Part shown: positions 8,794-18,158 of the stretch, piece after piece
How the letters are laid out: the number at the start of each line of letters is the position of its first letter
Position numbering within the stretch: the first letter of the stretch is position 1
Assembly: GCA_041481345.1 (NCBI GenBank)
Contig: JBGPBQ010000001.1
Span: 6,046 to 70,045, forward strand
Direction: 5' to 3'
From: Anaerolineae bacterium
GTDB taxonomy: Bacteria; Chloroflexota; Anaerolineae; Anaerolineales; UBA4823
Length of the DNA: 64,000 nucleotides
The notes under the pieces: generated by a model
What the model was told of the DNA's origin: nothing
Databases searched by the model: none
What the model saw: only the letters and a program-made list of their open reading frames with translations
Program-made: the position numbers and the translations under genes

Positions 8794-9541
8794 TGATTAC
8801 AGCCTCAGCTTCTTGGAGGATCTTCACTCCGGCACTGGCACCCAGGCGGGTAGCCCCGGCTTTGATCATTGCCATTGCATCCGACAAGCTACGTATGCCT
8901 CCCGCTGCTTTGACGCCCATTTCCGAGCCAACCACGCGACGCATCAGCTCCACATCCTCAACAGTTGCACCTCCAGTGCCAAATCCGGTGGAGGTCTTGA
9001 CAAAATCAGCGCCTGCAGCCTGGCTGATCAGGCAAGCGATGATCTTTTCTAGGCGGGTGAGGAGCGAATTTTCGAGGATAACCTTGACCAAGGCGCCCTG
9101 GTTGTGGGCAGTCCCCGTCACTGCCTGGACCTCATTCATGACCAACCCATAGGCTTCAGATTTCAGAGCCCCGACATTAATGACCATATCGATCTCTGAA
9201 GCGCCAGCATTGATGCAGGACAGGGTCTCGTAGACTTTGAATTCTGGTAGCAATGCCCCGAGCGGGAAGCCCACCACCGTGCAAATGTTCTCTTTCGCAT
9301 CGCGTAATATCCCACACGCCAGGGAGATATAGACCGGATTGATGCAGACGGTAGCGAAATGATGCTCCATCGCTTCCTGGCATAATACCCGGATCTGGGC
9401 AGCCGTGGCTTCAGGCTTGAGCAGGGTATGGTCGATCCAGCCGGCTATCTGAGCGCCTATTGGGAGGCTCATTGGAGCCGAAGCCGGCGGCAGCTGGTGC
9501 TCGTAATCTTGAGCTAATGTTATTATCTGCGCTAAATCCAT
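8786..9541 (-). CDS. deoC: deoxyribose-phosphate aldolase
   Basis: 'FVKTSTGFGTGGATVEDVELMRRVVG' contains the Schiff-base Lys region, followed by 'VKAAGGIRS'. Confidence 0.9.
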   Translation of the reverse strand: MDLAQIITLAQDYEHQLPPASAPMSLPIGAQIAGWIDHTLLKPEATAAQIRVLCQEAMEHHFATVCINPVYISLACGILRDAKENICTVVGFPLGALLPEFKVYETLSCINAGASEIDMVINVGALKSEAYGLVMNEVQAVTGTAHNQGALVKVILENSLLTRLEKIIACLISQAAGADFVKTSTGFGTGGATVEDVELMRRVVGSEMGVKAAGGIRSLSDAMAMIKAGATRLGASAGVKILQEAEAVINE

Positions 9542-9556
9542 CAGAGTGGATCCCGT

Positions 9557-10147
9557 CTAATGGGCAGCATTGGCCAAGGGTACATGAGCGATCAATTTCC
9601 AGTCAGGTGGCGGCCAATATATCAGGATGGCCTTCCCCACCACAGAATCCATGGCGATCGTACCCCATTTGGATGAATCGGAAGAATTATTACGATTATC
9701 CCCTAGTACAAATAACTGACCCGCAGGGACTCTCCACATGCCAGGGTAATTCGTCTTTGTATTCAGATATGTTTCGTCCAAGGGCTGCCCATTGAGATAT
9801 ACCGTGCCATTTCTGACTTCAACTTTATCCCCTGGCAGCCCAATCACGCGCTTGATATATTCTTCCTGAGGGTCTAGTGGGGGATGAAAAACAATGATAT
9901 CTCCTCTTTGCGGAGTCCCAAGTCGGTAGCTTAACCGGTTGACGACCACATACTCGCCAGTGGCTAATGTTGGCTCCATGCTGGCGCCATCCACCCGAAT
10001 GCGTGCAGAAATTACATTAACGCCAACGAACAATATAACCGAGAGAATCAGCGTTTCGAGCACATCCTTTACAAAACGTAGAAATCCGGATTTACGTGGT
10101 TGTGGCTCAGCTAGTTCCTGATTAACCTCTACTTGATTCGTGTCCAA
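9557..10147 (-). CDS. lepB: signal peptidase I
   Basis: An N-terminal TM helix, then 'GASMEPTL' (Ser), 'YIKRVIGLPGD' (Lys) and 'GDNRNNSSDS'. Confidence 0.9.
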   Translation of the reverse strand: MDTNQVEVNQELAEPQPRKSGFLRFVKDVLETLILSVILFVGVNVISARIRVDGASMEPTLATGEYVVVNRLSYRLGTPQRGDIIVFHPPLDPQEEYIKRVIGLPGDKVEVRNGTVYLNGQPLDETYLNTKTNYPGMWRVPAGQLFVLGDNRNNSSDSSKWGTIAMDSVVGKAILIYWPPPDWKLIAHVPLANAAH

Positions 10148-10253
10148 AATTCCTCCATGTTGCAGGCATTATAAAACCGGTCACCCTTCCGGACAAGGGA
10201 AGGTGGATTAATGGATTGTGAACATGTAGCTGGAATGATAGAGAAATATCCGG

Positions 10254-11630
10254 TCATTTTCTCCGAGGTCGTAAAACAATCCGGATGGGTGTCCCTAAAA
10301 ATGGGTGCTCCTTGCGTATACAATTTTCCAAGTATCTCAAGTAGGTGAAGTGGGCTAATTGGGGGTCGTTTACGTGGAGCAAAAAGACCGGAGGGTCATT
10401 CCGCACTTGGGAGCCATAATAGAACTTGAATTCTGTACCGCCATGGGAGGGGCTGGCATGCCGGTCTTGAGCTTCGTGAAGGATGCGGTTGATTTTTGAT
10501 GTTGGCAAACGGGTGAGACGCTCCTCCTGTACCCGCAGGGCGAGCGGCAGCACCTGGTCCACACGCTGACCGGTCTTGGCAGATATAAACAGCACGGGCA
10601 CGTAATCCATAAAGTTCAATTCCTGCCTAATTCGATCGGTGAATGCAACCATTGTATAGGTATCTTTTTCCACTGCATCCCACTTGTTCACCAAAACGAC
10701 CGCGCTCTTCCATGCATCCAGGATAAAGCCGGCAATGTGAGCGTCTTGGGCAGTCAACCCGGCAGTGGCATCCAATACCAAGAGGACTACGTCTGACCTC
10801 TCAATCGCCTGAAGGGCGCGCAACACACTGTACTTTTCCACCCCTGGGATGATATGACCCCGCCGGCGGATACCGGCGGTATCAATCAATACCATGGGAA
10901 CATCGCCATAGGTCAGGTGGGTATCAATGGCATCGCGGGTGGTGCCTGCAATCGGGCTGACGATGGCACGTTCTTCTCCCAGCAGCCGGTTGAGCAGGCT
11001 GGATTTTCCGACGTTGGGTTTCCCCACGATGGCAATCTTTACCGAATCATCCTCGGCCTCTTCGCCTTCATTTTTGAATGTGTCCACCAGAGCATCCAGC
11101 ATGTCTCCCGTACCCGTCCCGTGCAGGGCGGAGATTGGATAGGGCTCCCCCAGACCAAGCTCGTAGAATTCCATGGCAGCCATCCGACGGGCTTCATTTT
11201 CACATTTGTTTACCACTAAAAGCACCGGTGGCACGTTTTGACCATCCACCGCGTGTTGATTCTTGCGCAGGATCTGGGCAACTTCAACATCTGCCGGGGT
11301 GACGCCGTTTTCAGCATCGGTGATAAACAGGACCGTGTCAGAATCCCGGATGGCTATCTCGGCTTGGAAGCGGATTTGCTCGATAAAATCAGCCGAACCA
11401 ATGGATAAAGGCTTCTGACCACGACCCAGCCCGGTTTGAGTGGGATCAATTCCCCCGGTATCGACGATGTCGAACACCCTGCCTGCCCATTCTGCTTCCA
11501 TTACCAGACGGTCGCGGGTCGTACCTGGGATTTCATCAACCACTGCCAGGCGCTCGCCCGCCAGACGGTTGAACAATGTGCTCTTCCCAACGTTGGGTCT
11601 TCCGACCAAGGCTACCACCGGTTTTGTCAT
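10254..11630 (-). CDS. der: ribosome-biogenesis GTPase Der (EngA), tandem GTPase domains
   Basis: Two G1 motifs ('GRPNVGKST' and 'GKPNVGKSS'), two DTAG/DTGG motifs, NKxD motifs, and a KH-like C-terminus. Confidence 0.95.
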   Translation of the reverse strand: MTKPVVALVGRPNVGKSTLFNRLAGERLAVVDEIPGTTRDRLVMEAEWAGRVFDIVDTGGIDPTQTGLGRGQKPLSIGSADFIEQIRFQAEIAIRDSDTVLFITDAENGVTPADVEVAQILRKNQHAVDGQNVPPVLLVVNKCENEARRMAAMEFYELGLGEPYPISALHGTGTGDMLDALVDTFKNEGEEAEDDSVKIAIVGKPNVGKSSLLNRLLGEERAIVSPIAGTTRDAIDTHLTYGDVPMVLIDTAGIRRRGHIIPGVEKYSVLRALQAIERSDVVLLVLDATAGLTAQDAHIAGFILDAWKSAVVLVNKWDAVEKDTYTMVAFTDRIRQELNFMDYVPVLFISAKTGQRVDQVLPLALRVQEERLTRLPTSKINRILHEAQDRHASPSHGGTEFKFYYGSQVRNDPPVFLLHVNDPQLAHFTYLRYLENCIRKEHPFLGTPIRIVLRPRRK

Positions 11631-11639
11631 GGAATATCC

Positions 11640-12938
11640 TTAAGGAACTCTGGTTGCTATTGGTGTCTGTGATGGAGTCGTGGTTCCATTAGGTGTGACT
11701 GTCTGTGTGGGGGTAGGCGCAACGGTGATCGTTATGGTTAATGTGGCAGGCAGTATGGAGCTCAATTGCACGCGCTCAGGCAGGATGTTAACCTGCGGAG
11801 TGAATTGATAAGTGCCTACATCATAACCAGTTAAGTCCACCACTACCCTTACATCGGTTGGTCCGAGGGTATTCAGCACCGGCACAGGCCCTGAAAGGAT
11901 GACATTCACGACTGCCGGGTTCACACTCGCTACCAAGCCAGGTGACAGCCCAATGACCTCCACGGGCAGCGAGATTGCCAGGCTGGACTCGACCGTGGCA
12001 ATGCTTACCTGGACTAAAACCTTCGAATCACCAACCACGCTAATACCTGCCGGGAGGTTCAGGTCCACCAGAATTTCAAAGTCGTCCTCTTTTCCGGTCA
12101 AATCGACGGGTTGGGTCTCGATATAACCGGGTAAATTGTTGACCAGCTCAGGGTTGGATGAGAACACCACCACCCCGATGGGGTTGACAAAAATATTGGT
12201 CACCCGGTAGCCCGTAGACACCTGCCCAATGGTAACCGCCCGGATGATCACATAGCGGTACCCTCCTAACAGGACGATGGGCTGAGTGACCGTCACCGAT
12301 TCGGGCGTTATGGTCAATCCATTAACCACCCGACCCTCCGAGTCAAGCAACGACGGTATTTCATCCCGAGTTATAGTCTGGTTGGCATTGGTGATATCCA
12401 TGGATATGCGCGCCTGCTTGACCTGGGAGACCAGCGACTCTGCTCCGGTGACCTTCACGACGGCTGGATTAAGGATCGGGGATTGCGCCTTATAGCCGAC
12501 CGGTGGATTGCCGGTGACCACCAGATCGACCGAAAATTCCTGGGAAACAATAGAGTCAAGTTTTACAGTAACCTGTTCAGGATCCTGGCTGATCAAGCGG
12601 ACGAGGTGGGGGGTGATCTGCACCCGCACCGGGACGGTATGCTCGCCAGGTCCCAGGTTGGATAAGTCAATTTTAGCGGTCACCGATTGTGGGTCATTAT
12701 TCAGCTGCGTCCAGACGGTAGTAGGCGCACGAAGGACCAGGGTTACAGTCGACGGCACACTCCCCATGAGCTGCAAATTGGAATCTTGCCCGATGATCTC
12801 AATCGGTACGGGGCGGTTGAGGACATGCTCTTCATTCGGATCGGAGGCGATTACGGCGGAGACCCACACGATAACCGCCAGGATGAAGGCAGTTAGAAGT
12901 GTCCCAAAGTTTTTTGCCAGCCAGCGCAGGATTTTCAC
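11640..12938 (-). CDS. cdaR: YbbR-domain protein (CdaR-like regulator of diadenylate cyclase)
   Basis: An N-terminal TM helix followed by repeated ~90-aa beta-rich YbbR-like modules and a PT-rich tail. It starts immediately after the cdaA stop. Confidence 0.75.
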   Translation of the reverse strand: MKILRWLAKNFGTLLTAFILAVIVWVSAVIASDPNEEHVLNRPVPIEIIGQDSNLQLMGSVPSTVTLVLRAPTTVWTQLNNDPQSVTAKIDLSNLGPGEHTVPVRVQITPHLVRLISQDPEQVTVKLDSIVSQEFSVDLVVTGNPPVGYKAQSPILNPAVVKVTGAESLVSQVKQARISMDITNANQTITRDEIPSLLDSEGRVVNGLTITPESVTVTQPIVLLGGYRYVIIRAVTIGQVSTGYRVTNIFVNPIGVVVFSSNPELVNNLPGYIETQPVDLTGKEDDFEILVDLNLPAGISVVGDSKVLVQVSIATVESSLAISLPVEVIGLSPGLVASVNPAVVNVILSGPVPVLNTLGPTDVRVVVDLTGYDVGTYQFTPQVNILPERVQLSSILPATLTITITVAPTPTQTVTPNGTTTPSQTPIATRVP

Positions 12939-13823
12939 TTAATCAGCCTCGCCTCCGGGCTTATTTCCACTCGGATAGATGCTTTTGAACCAATCCGTCA
13001 GACCCCGGCGCTGAGCATCGGGACTGAAAAATGCCTTTAATATACTTTCCAGACGTTCGCCTTCCAGGCGCCGGATCATGCGCCCATTATGGACTACCGA
13101 TATCGTCCCACTCTCTTCCGAGACGACCACAACTACGGCATCGCTGACCTCCGAGATACCCAAGGCTGCCCGGTGACGTAGACCCAGCTGCCGGTCTGGG
13201 GTGTGCGCCAAGACGCCGCTGGCTGACAGGGGCATCACACACGCTGCAGCCACCAAGCGCGCACCTTCCACAATTACCGCTCCATCATGCAACGGCGTAT
13301 TTGGATAAAAGATTTGCAGGATCAATTCAGGTGTCACCTGGGCATCCACAACAACGCCCGTGCGCACATATTCTTCCAGGTTATCCAGGCGCTGCAAGAT
13401 GATCAACGCGCCGTGCCGGCGATCAGAAAGCCTGACTGCCGCATTCACCACCGCCAAGATCGATTTTTGTGTTCCTGGTGAAGCTCTTCCACTGGAGAAG
13501 ATGAATCCCGCCCTGCCCAACCGTTCCAACGCCCGGCGGATCTCCGGCGCGAAAATAACCGGGATTGCTATTACAAGCGCCGGCAGAGTTGTACGCACCA
13601 GCCACGAAAATGCCGGCAGCACCTCCATGCTGCTTAACAGGCTTCCCAAAACCACCAGGACGAGCACGCCGCGCAGCAGCACTACCGCCTGAGTATCACG
13701 CAGCAAGATCAACAGACCGAAGAAGATCAGTGTGACGATTGCCAGGTCGATGATACTCAGCCAGCTGAGCCGGTCAATTATAAAGCTCAGGCTTTCGATC
13801 AGGTAGTTAAGAAGGTTTTCCAC
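12939..13823 (-). CDS. cdaA: membrane-bound diadenylate cyclase
   Basis: Three N-terminal TM helices, then a DAC domain with 'PLHDGAVIV', 'GLRHRAALGISE' and 'VVVVSEESGTISV'. Confidence 0.9.
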   Translation of the reverse strand: MENLLNYLIESLSFIIDRLSWLSIIDLAIVTLIFFGLLILLRDTQAVVLLRGVLVLVVLGSLLSSMEVLPAFSWLVRTTLPALVIAIPVIFAPEIRRALERLGRAGFIFSSGRASPGTQKSILAVVNAAVRLSDRRHGALIILQRLDNLEEYVRTGVVVDAQVTPELILQIFYPNTPLHDGAVIVEGARLVAAACVMPLSASGVLAHTPDRQLGLRHRAALGISEVSDAVVVVVSEESGTISVVHNGRMIRRLEGERLESILKAFFSPDAQRRGLTDWFKSIYPSGNKPGGEAD

Positions 13824-13905
13824 TAGAGCCTTGACCCATCATTTTTTGAACCATATGCTCGAATTTATTCGCCCATAAACTAAACAAATCGGCGGTGCGG
13901 GTGAG

Positions 13906-15039
13906 CTAGACCGGTCGCAGCACTCGATCCTTACGCAGCTGCTTGAAGAACATGGTTTCCCCTTTTCCCAATGTTTCTTGTGCGGCTTCCTGCCAGGCAC
14001 GTACACCCAATGATTCAACCGTGCACATTTCATACCCAAGGGAAGTCCAGATGTCTTCCTGCGTGGTGAGTTCGGGGGGCAGAAACAGCAGAGCTATCTC
14101 GCACTGCAGATCGCGGGAGGTAGACTCGATCTCGGTCAACAGCGCCTGCATCGCATTTGACAGTGGCTGGCTCGGATCTATATAGACGTCATCTGTGCGC
14201 TCAACCAGGTTCTCAACCTGCCAGCCGACAACCCCTACGGGTGTGCCATCCATCTTAAGGAATAAAAAGGCTTTTTCGCCAAAGGCTGCCATGATGTCTT
14301 CATCGGAGGGTTTAACCCTGCCGTCGCTAAGCCGGCTGACCAGCGCAGCTATCTCGGTCGCGTGGCGTGGTCTGGCTTTTTCCACCAGCAAGCCCGTCTT
14401 GGGGGCTGCAACCGGTTTATACGCCCCCGATTCATAGGTCGGGAACAGCTCTTTCCAGGCCCGGGTTACTTGCAGCCAGGTGTCTTCAAATGAGCCTTCA
14501 TTCTGGATGACGGTATTGGCGAGGTTAACCTTCTCACTCTGAGGCGGTTGGGAATTGATCCGCTGATGAGCAACCGCCACGCTCAATCCTCGCTTGCTGG
14601 TCAGGCGGGAGATCTGTGTTGACTTCGGGGCGTAGGTCACCCAGATCTTATCACAGGCCTGCCGCAGCGGTCCTTCCAGAAGCTTGATCGCTTCGACGAC
14701 GATCACTTTTTGGGAGGAACGCCGAATGAGGAGATCCACGGCCTGCCTGACCAGAGGATGGACGATGGATTCGAGCTGGGTCAGCGCGTCGGGGTCTGAA
14801 AACACAACCCGCGACAGCTTGGCCCGGTCGATCTGCCCATCTGGACCCAGGATCCACTTCCCAAAGGTATCCACCACCGTCTTATAGCCGGGTGCGTCCC
14901 TGGCAATGGCGCGATGACCCAGGGCATCGGCATCGATGCCATAGGCGCCCAGGTGTTCCAACATTTTTCGAACCACGCTTTTACCGGTGGCGATATTGCC
15001 GGTTAAACCAATAACGAATTTACCTGGCCAGGCACTCAT
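13906..15039 (-). CDS. coaE: dephospho-CoA kinase fused to a C-terminal GNAT-like domain
   Basis: The N-terminal P-loop 'GLTGNIATGKSVV' and ~200 aa are CoaE-like. An extra ~170 aa ('...AFLFLKMDGTPVGVVGWQVENLVERTDDVYI...') has an acetyltransferase-like fold pattern. Confidence 0.8.
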   Translation of the reverse strand: MSAWPGKFVIGLTGNIATGKSVVRKMLEHLGAYGIDADALGHRAIARDAPGYKTVVDTFGKWILGPDGQIDRAKLSRVVFSDPDALTQLESIVHPLVRQAVDLLIRRSSQKVIVVEAIKLLEGPLRQACDKIWVTYAPKSTQISRLTSKRGLSVAVAHQRINSQPPQSEKVNLANTVIQNEGSFEDTWLQVTRAWKELFPTYESGAYKPVAAPKTGLLVEKARPRHATEIAALVSRLSDGRVKPSDEDIMAAFGEKAFLFLKMDGTPVGVVGWQVENLVERTDDVYIDPSQPLSNAMQALLTEIESTSRDLQCEIALLFLPPELTTQEDIWTSLGYEMCTVESLGVRAWQEAAQETLGKGETMFFKQLRKDRVLRPV

Positions 15040-15323
15040 CCTGCCTCCCGCATGATGTCTTCATTTTAGTCGCGGTAAAGCAGAATGTCAAAGGTTCTTG
15101 CAAAAATAATAGGTGAGGCGGGCATTATGCCGGGAGATAGCGGCAGCGAGTTTAACCAAGAAATAAAAGTGCGGCTCCAGCAGCAATAATTTGCCAGTGT
15201 CTTTGTCTGCCACAGCTGGTTTTCCAGCGCGCATTTGCAGAATAGCCGCCTTGGTAGAGCCTTTCAAAATGTTTCTTGTAGATGCTCATTTATTGAGAGG
15301 ACGACCTCCATCACCGAAGGTGG

Positions 15324-16526
15324 CTATGCTTTCGATCCAGACTTCACCGCCAGGCTAAACAACCCCAGCAGCCCGGCATACAACACCATCAGGCACACAG
15401 GGATGATCTCCAACGAAACCTGGCGGGCAAGGATCCCAACCAAACTTGGGATGACCGCTGTTCCCAAGCCGCTCGCTGCCATTTGCATGCCAATCGTGTT
15501 TGCGGCATTGTGCGCACTCACGCGTTGGCTGGTTCCGGATATCAGCGCTGGAAAGATGGGAGCAATTGCAAAACCGATCAATGGTATAGATATTAAGTTA
15601 GCTGCATTGACTGGATTCCACCACAATAACACCGCACCCAGTAATGCCGCAATCAGGCCACCCAGCACCAGGCGATTGACTCCCACGCGTTTGGCATACA
15701 AGCCAGCCAGGATCCGCCCCACGGTGAAGGTTGCCCAGTAACTGCTCACCAGCAACCCAGCCGATTCTGGGTGAATGCCGCGCGACTCGGTGAGCAGAGT
15801 GTAAGCCCACGTTCCCAGCGTGACTTCAGACCCGACATATAGGAAAAACAGCGCCGCACTTAACCACACTCTGGGCAGGCGCAGTGTTTTACCCAGAGGC
15901 GTTTTGTAATCTGTCAGGAGCTTGGGCTTTTCGCTCCCGACCTGAGCTTCTTTTTGATTCCATAATGGTAGGGTAAGCGCAAAGCAGGCCGCCAATGCGA
16001 GCTGAAAGCCCCCCACCACCCTATAACCCAAGCGCCACGAATTCTGAGTGGTCAATGCAGTGGTCATGATAATTGGACCAAGCGTCACCCCGATCCCGTA
16101 GCAGGCGTGCAGCCACTGCATCATCCCTTCGCCAAAATTCGCGGCAACATAGGTGTTGAGACCGGCATCGATCGCACCCGCTCCCAGACCAGCCACCACT
16201 CCCAGCAGGACCATCATCCACCAGACCGGGACCAGGGTGTAGCCAATCAAACCCGCTCCGGTCATGGCGCAGCTCACCGCCAGTACACTGCCAACGCCCA
16301 TACGGGCGATCAAAGGACCGCTCAAAAAACTGGACGTCAGGTAACCTGCCACAGCTGCCGTTATCAGCAGGCCAACCGCATCCACGGGGAGTAAAAAACT
16401 TGTTCGGATCGAAGGCCAGGCTACCCCCAATAAGCCATCTGGCATACCCAACGCGATGAAAGCAATATAGGCTAAAACAACCAAACCGATTTTAGGATAG
16501 TGCTTAACCTTAATCAATAGGCTCAA
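15324..16526 (-). CDS. MFS transporter
   Basis: 400 aa with about 12 hydrophobic helices and a central loop, which is typical MFS architecture. Confidence 0.8.
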   Translation of the reverse strand: MSLLIKVKHYPKIGLVVLAYIAFIALGMPDGLLGVAWPSIRTSFLLPVDAVGLLITAAVAGYLTSSFLSGPLIARMGVGSVLAVSCAMTGAGLIGYTLVPVWWMMVLLGVVAGLGAGAIDAGLNTYVAANFGEGMMQWLHACYGIGVTLGPIIMTTALTTQNSWRLGYRVVGGFQLALAACFALTLPLWNQKEAQVGSEKPKLLTDYKTPLGKTLRLPRVWLSAALFFLYVGSEVTLGTWAYTLLTESRGIHPESAGLLVSSYWATFTVGRILAGLYAKRVGVNRLVLGGLIAALLGAVLLWWNPVNAANLISIPLIGFAIAPIFPALISGTSQRVSAHNAANTIGMQMAASGLGTAVIPSLVGILARQVSLEIIPVCLMVLYAGLLGLFSLAVKSGSKA

Positions 16527-16913
16527 GGGTTATTTTCCTCTCATTCTCGGAATCGGGCTGGACATTTCGTTATCCGGAAGAGTTCTGAAGAATCAATCAA
16601 ATCATTATATTATATCGGCTGGCCAGTTAACTTACCGAAAGCAACGCCTACCGCCAGTCCAAAATATTGAATTCACCTGCAAAAAGCACATACTGAGCCA
16701 AAGCCTGCATACTCAGGTTTTTAATCCTGCCGGATTTACCTCCTCGGAAATCTGGCGGTAAGTTTTAGAGAATTAAAAACCATAAAATGAAAAGAAAAGC
16801 ATCGCCTGGGTGTAGATATCTATTAATTTGTCGTCAAACGATAAACACTGATAGAATCGATTTGCACTTCGAATTTCATGCGAAATCAATTGAGATCGTT
16901 CATAGGAGTTACC

Positions 16914-17801
16914 ATGAAGAGGTTTTTTAATCTACTTTTGTTCATTCTTATTACTACCTCGCTCCTGCTGACAGCCTGCTCCAGCCCCAACCCTGCTCAT
17001 GCGACAGAGACCCAAACACAGGTCATCCAACCCACGCAAACGGTGGCAGCTACTGCTCCGTCAACCAACACCCCAGCTCTGACAGCCACTCCACCACCGA
17101 CCAATACCCCGCTACCGACACAAGCATTTACCCCGACCCAACCACCCGCCGCAACCGCTACTCCTACAACGGCAGCTACCCTGGCGAACACGCCCACGGC
17201 GGTGCCTGCGAGCCCGACTGCTCTCGTTAAGGAGAACACGAATTGCCGGAGTGGTCCGTCGGCGGATTATCCGTTGGTGGTTGTATTTTTAAGCGGTGAG
17301 AGTGTAAAAATCGTTTCTAAAACCACCATGGACAGCTACGTCCTGGTTGAAGACCCCAACAATCCTGGGCAGTCTTGCTGGTTGTGGATATACTACGCCA
17401 CCATCAATGGCGATTTATCCAGCCTACCGGTTGCTACTCCACCCCCACCTCTCGTAAATTTCAGCATGGACTTCACCAGGATTGATATCTGCGGCAGTTA
17501 TTCAATGGAATTCAAAGTGGTCAATACCGGCCAAAAAACTTTAGAAGCATACACCATTGTGGTCAAGGATTTGTCCACTAATTCGCAGCAAACTAACTCC
17601 AAAACGACTTTTGATTTTATGAATGGGTGCTTCATCAAAGAAGAAATCGGAAATATAGACCCGGGCAAGGTGGGTTATGCCTATGCCGACAACTTCAGTA
17701 CTGTCCCAACTGATCACTCGTTCGAGGCCACCATTACGATATGCTCTCACAATGACATGACCGGCGTTTGTGCGACCCAGGCGATCCGGTTCACCCCATA
17801 A
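16914..17801 (+). CDS. secreted lipoprotein with PT-rich linker and SH3b-like domain
   Basis: Trimmed to ATG 16914 after 'aggag'. It has the signal/lipobox 'LLLTACSS', a T/P/A linker, and 'NTNCRSGPSADYPLVVVFLSGESVKIVSK', which is SH3b-like. Confidence 0.6.
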   Translation: MKRFFNLLLFILITTSLLLTACSSPNPAHATETQTQVIQPTQTVAATAPSTNTPALTATPPPTNTPLPTQAFTPTQPPAATATPTTAATLANTPTAVPASPTALVKENTNCRSGPSADYPLVVVFLSGESVKIVSKTTMDSYVLVEDPNNPGQSCWLWIYYATINGDLSSLPVATPPPPLVNFSMDFTRIDICGSYSMEFKVVNTGQKTLEAYTIVVKDLSTNSQQTNSKTTFDFMNGCFIKEEIGNIDPGKVGYAYADNFSTVPTDHSFEATITICSHNDMTGVCATQAIRFTP

Positions 17802-17831
17802 CGGATAATACGGCTGCGGTTATAAATCCCC

Positions 17832-17860
17832 ACGGAGCAGGTGAATGCCTGCTCCGTTTC
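17832..17860 (+). terminator. hairpin terminator after the SH3b lipoprotein gene
   Basis: Perfect 10-bp stem 'acggagcagg'/'cctgctccgt' with loop 'tgaatg', then 'ttc'. The U tract is weak. Confidence 0.5.
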
Positions 17861-18158
17861 AATCTTAGTTGAACCGTCCGTTGTTCAATCGAAAAGAGAC
17901 AGAAAACTGGCCGAACCCATGGATCTCAACCCTGCATGAACCAAGGATGTGATTAGCTAGTATGTTAATAATTCACTATTAAATAATTAAGGAGATGTTC
18001 ACAAAACGGTATATAATTGTCGGGCTGTTAATATAATAGAGTTAAAGATGATTAAATAGAGAGGAGGTGTAAACTTTCAGATCTTCAACGGATAATAATT
18101 CTGTATAAAAGGATAACACTTTCAAATAATAATGGGTAATACTTTTCAAGGAGGATAT

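Noticed and set aside
15235-15741. Plus-strand 168-aa ORF overlapping the 3' end of the MFS transporter gene.
   Set aside because: It is antisense to a 12-TM MFS protein and has no RBS or motif.
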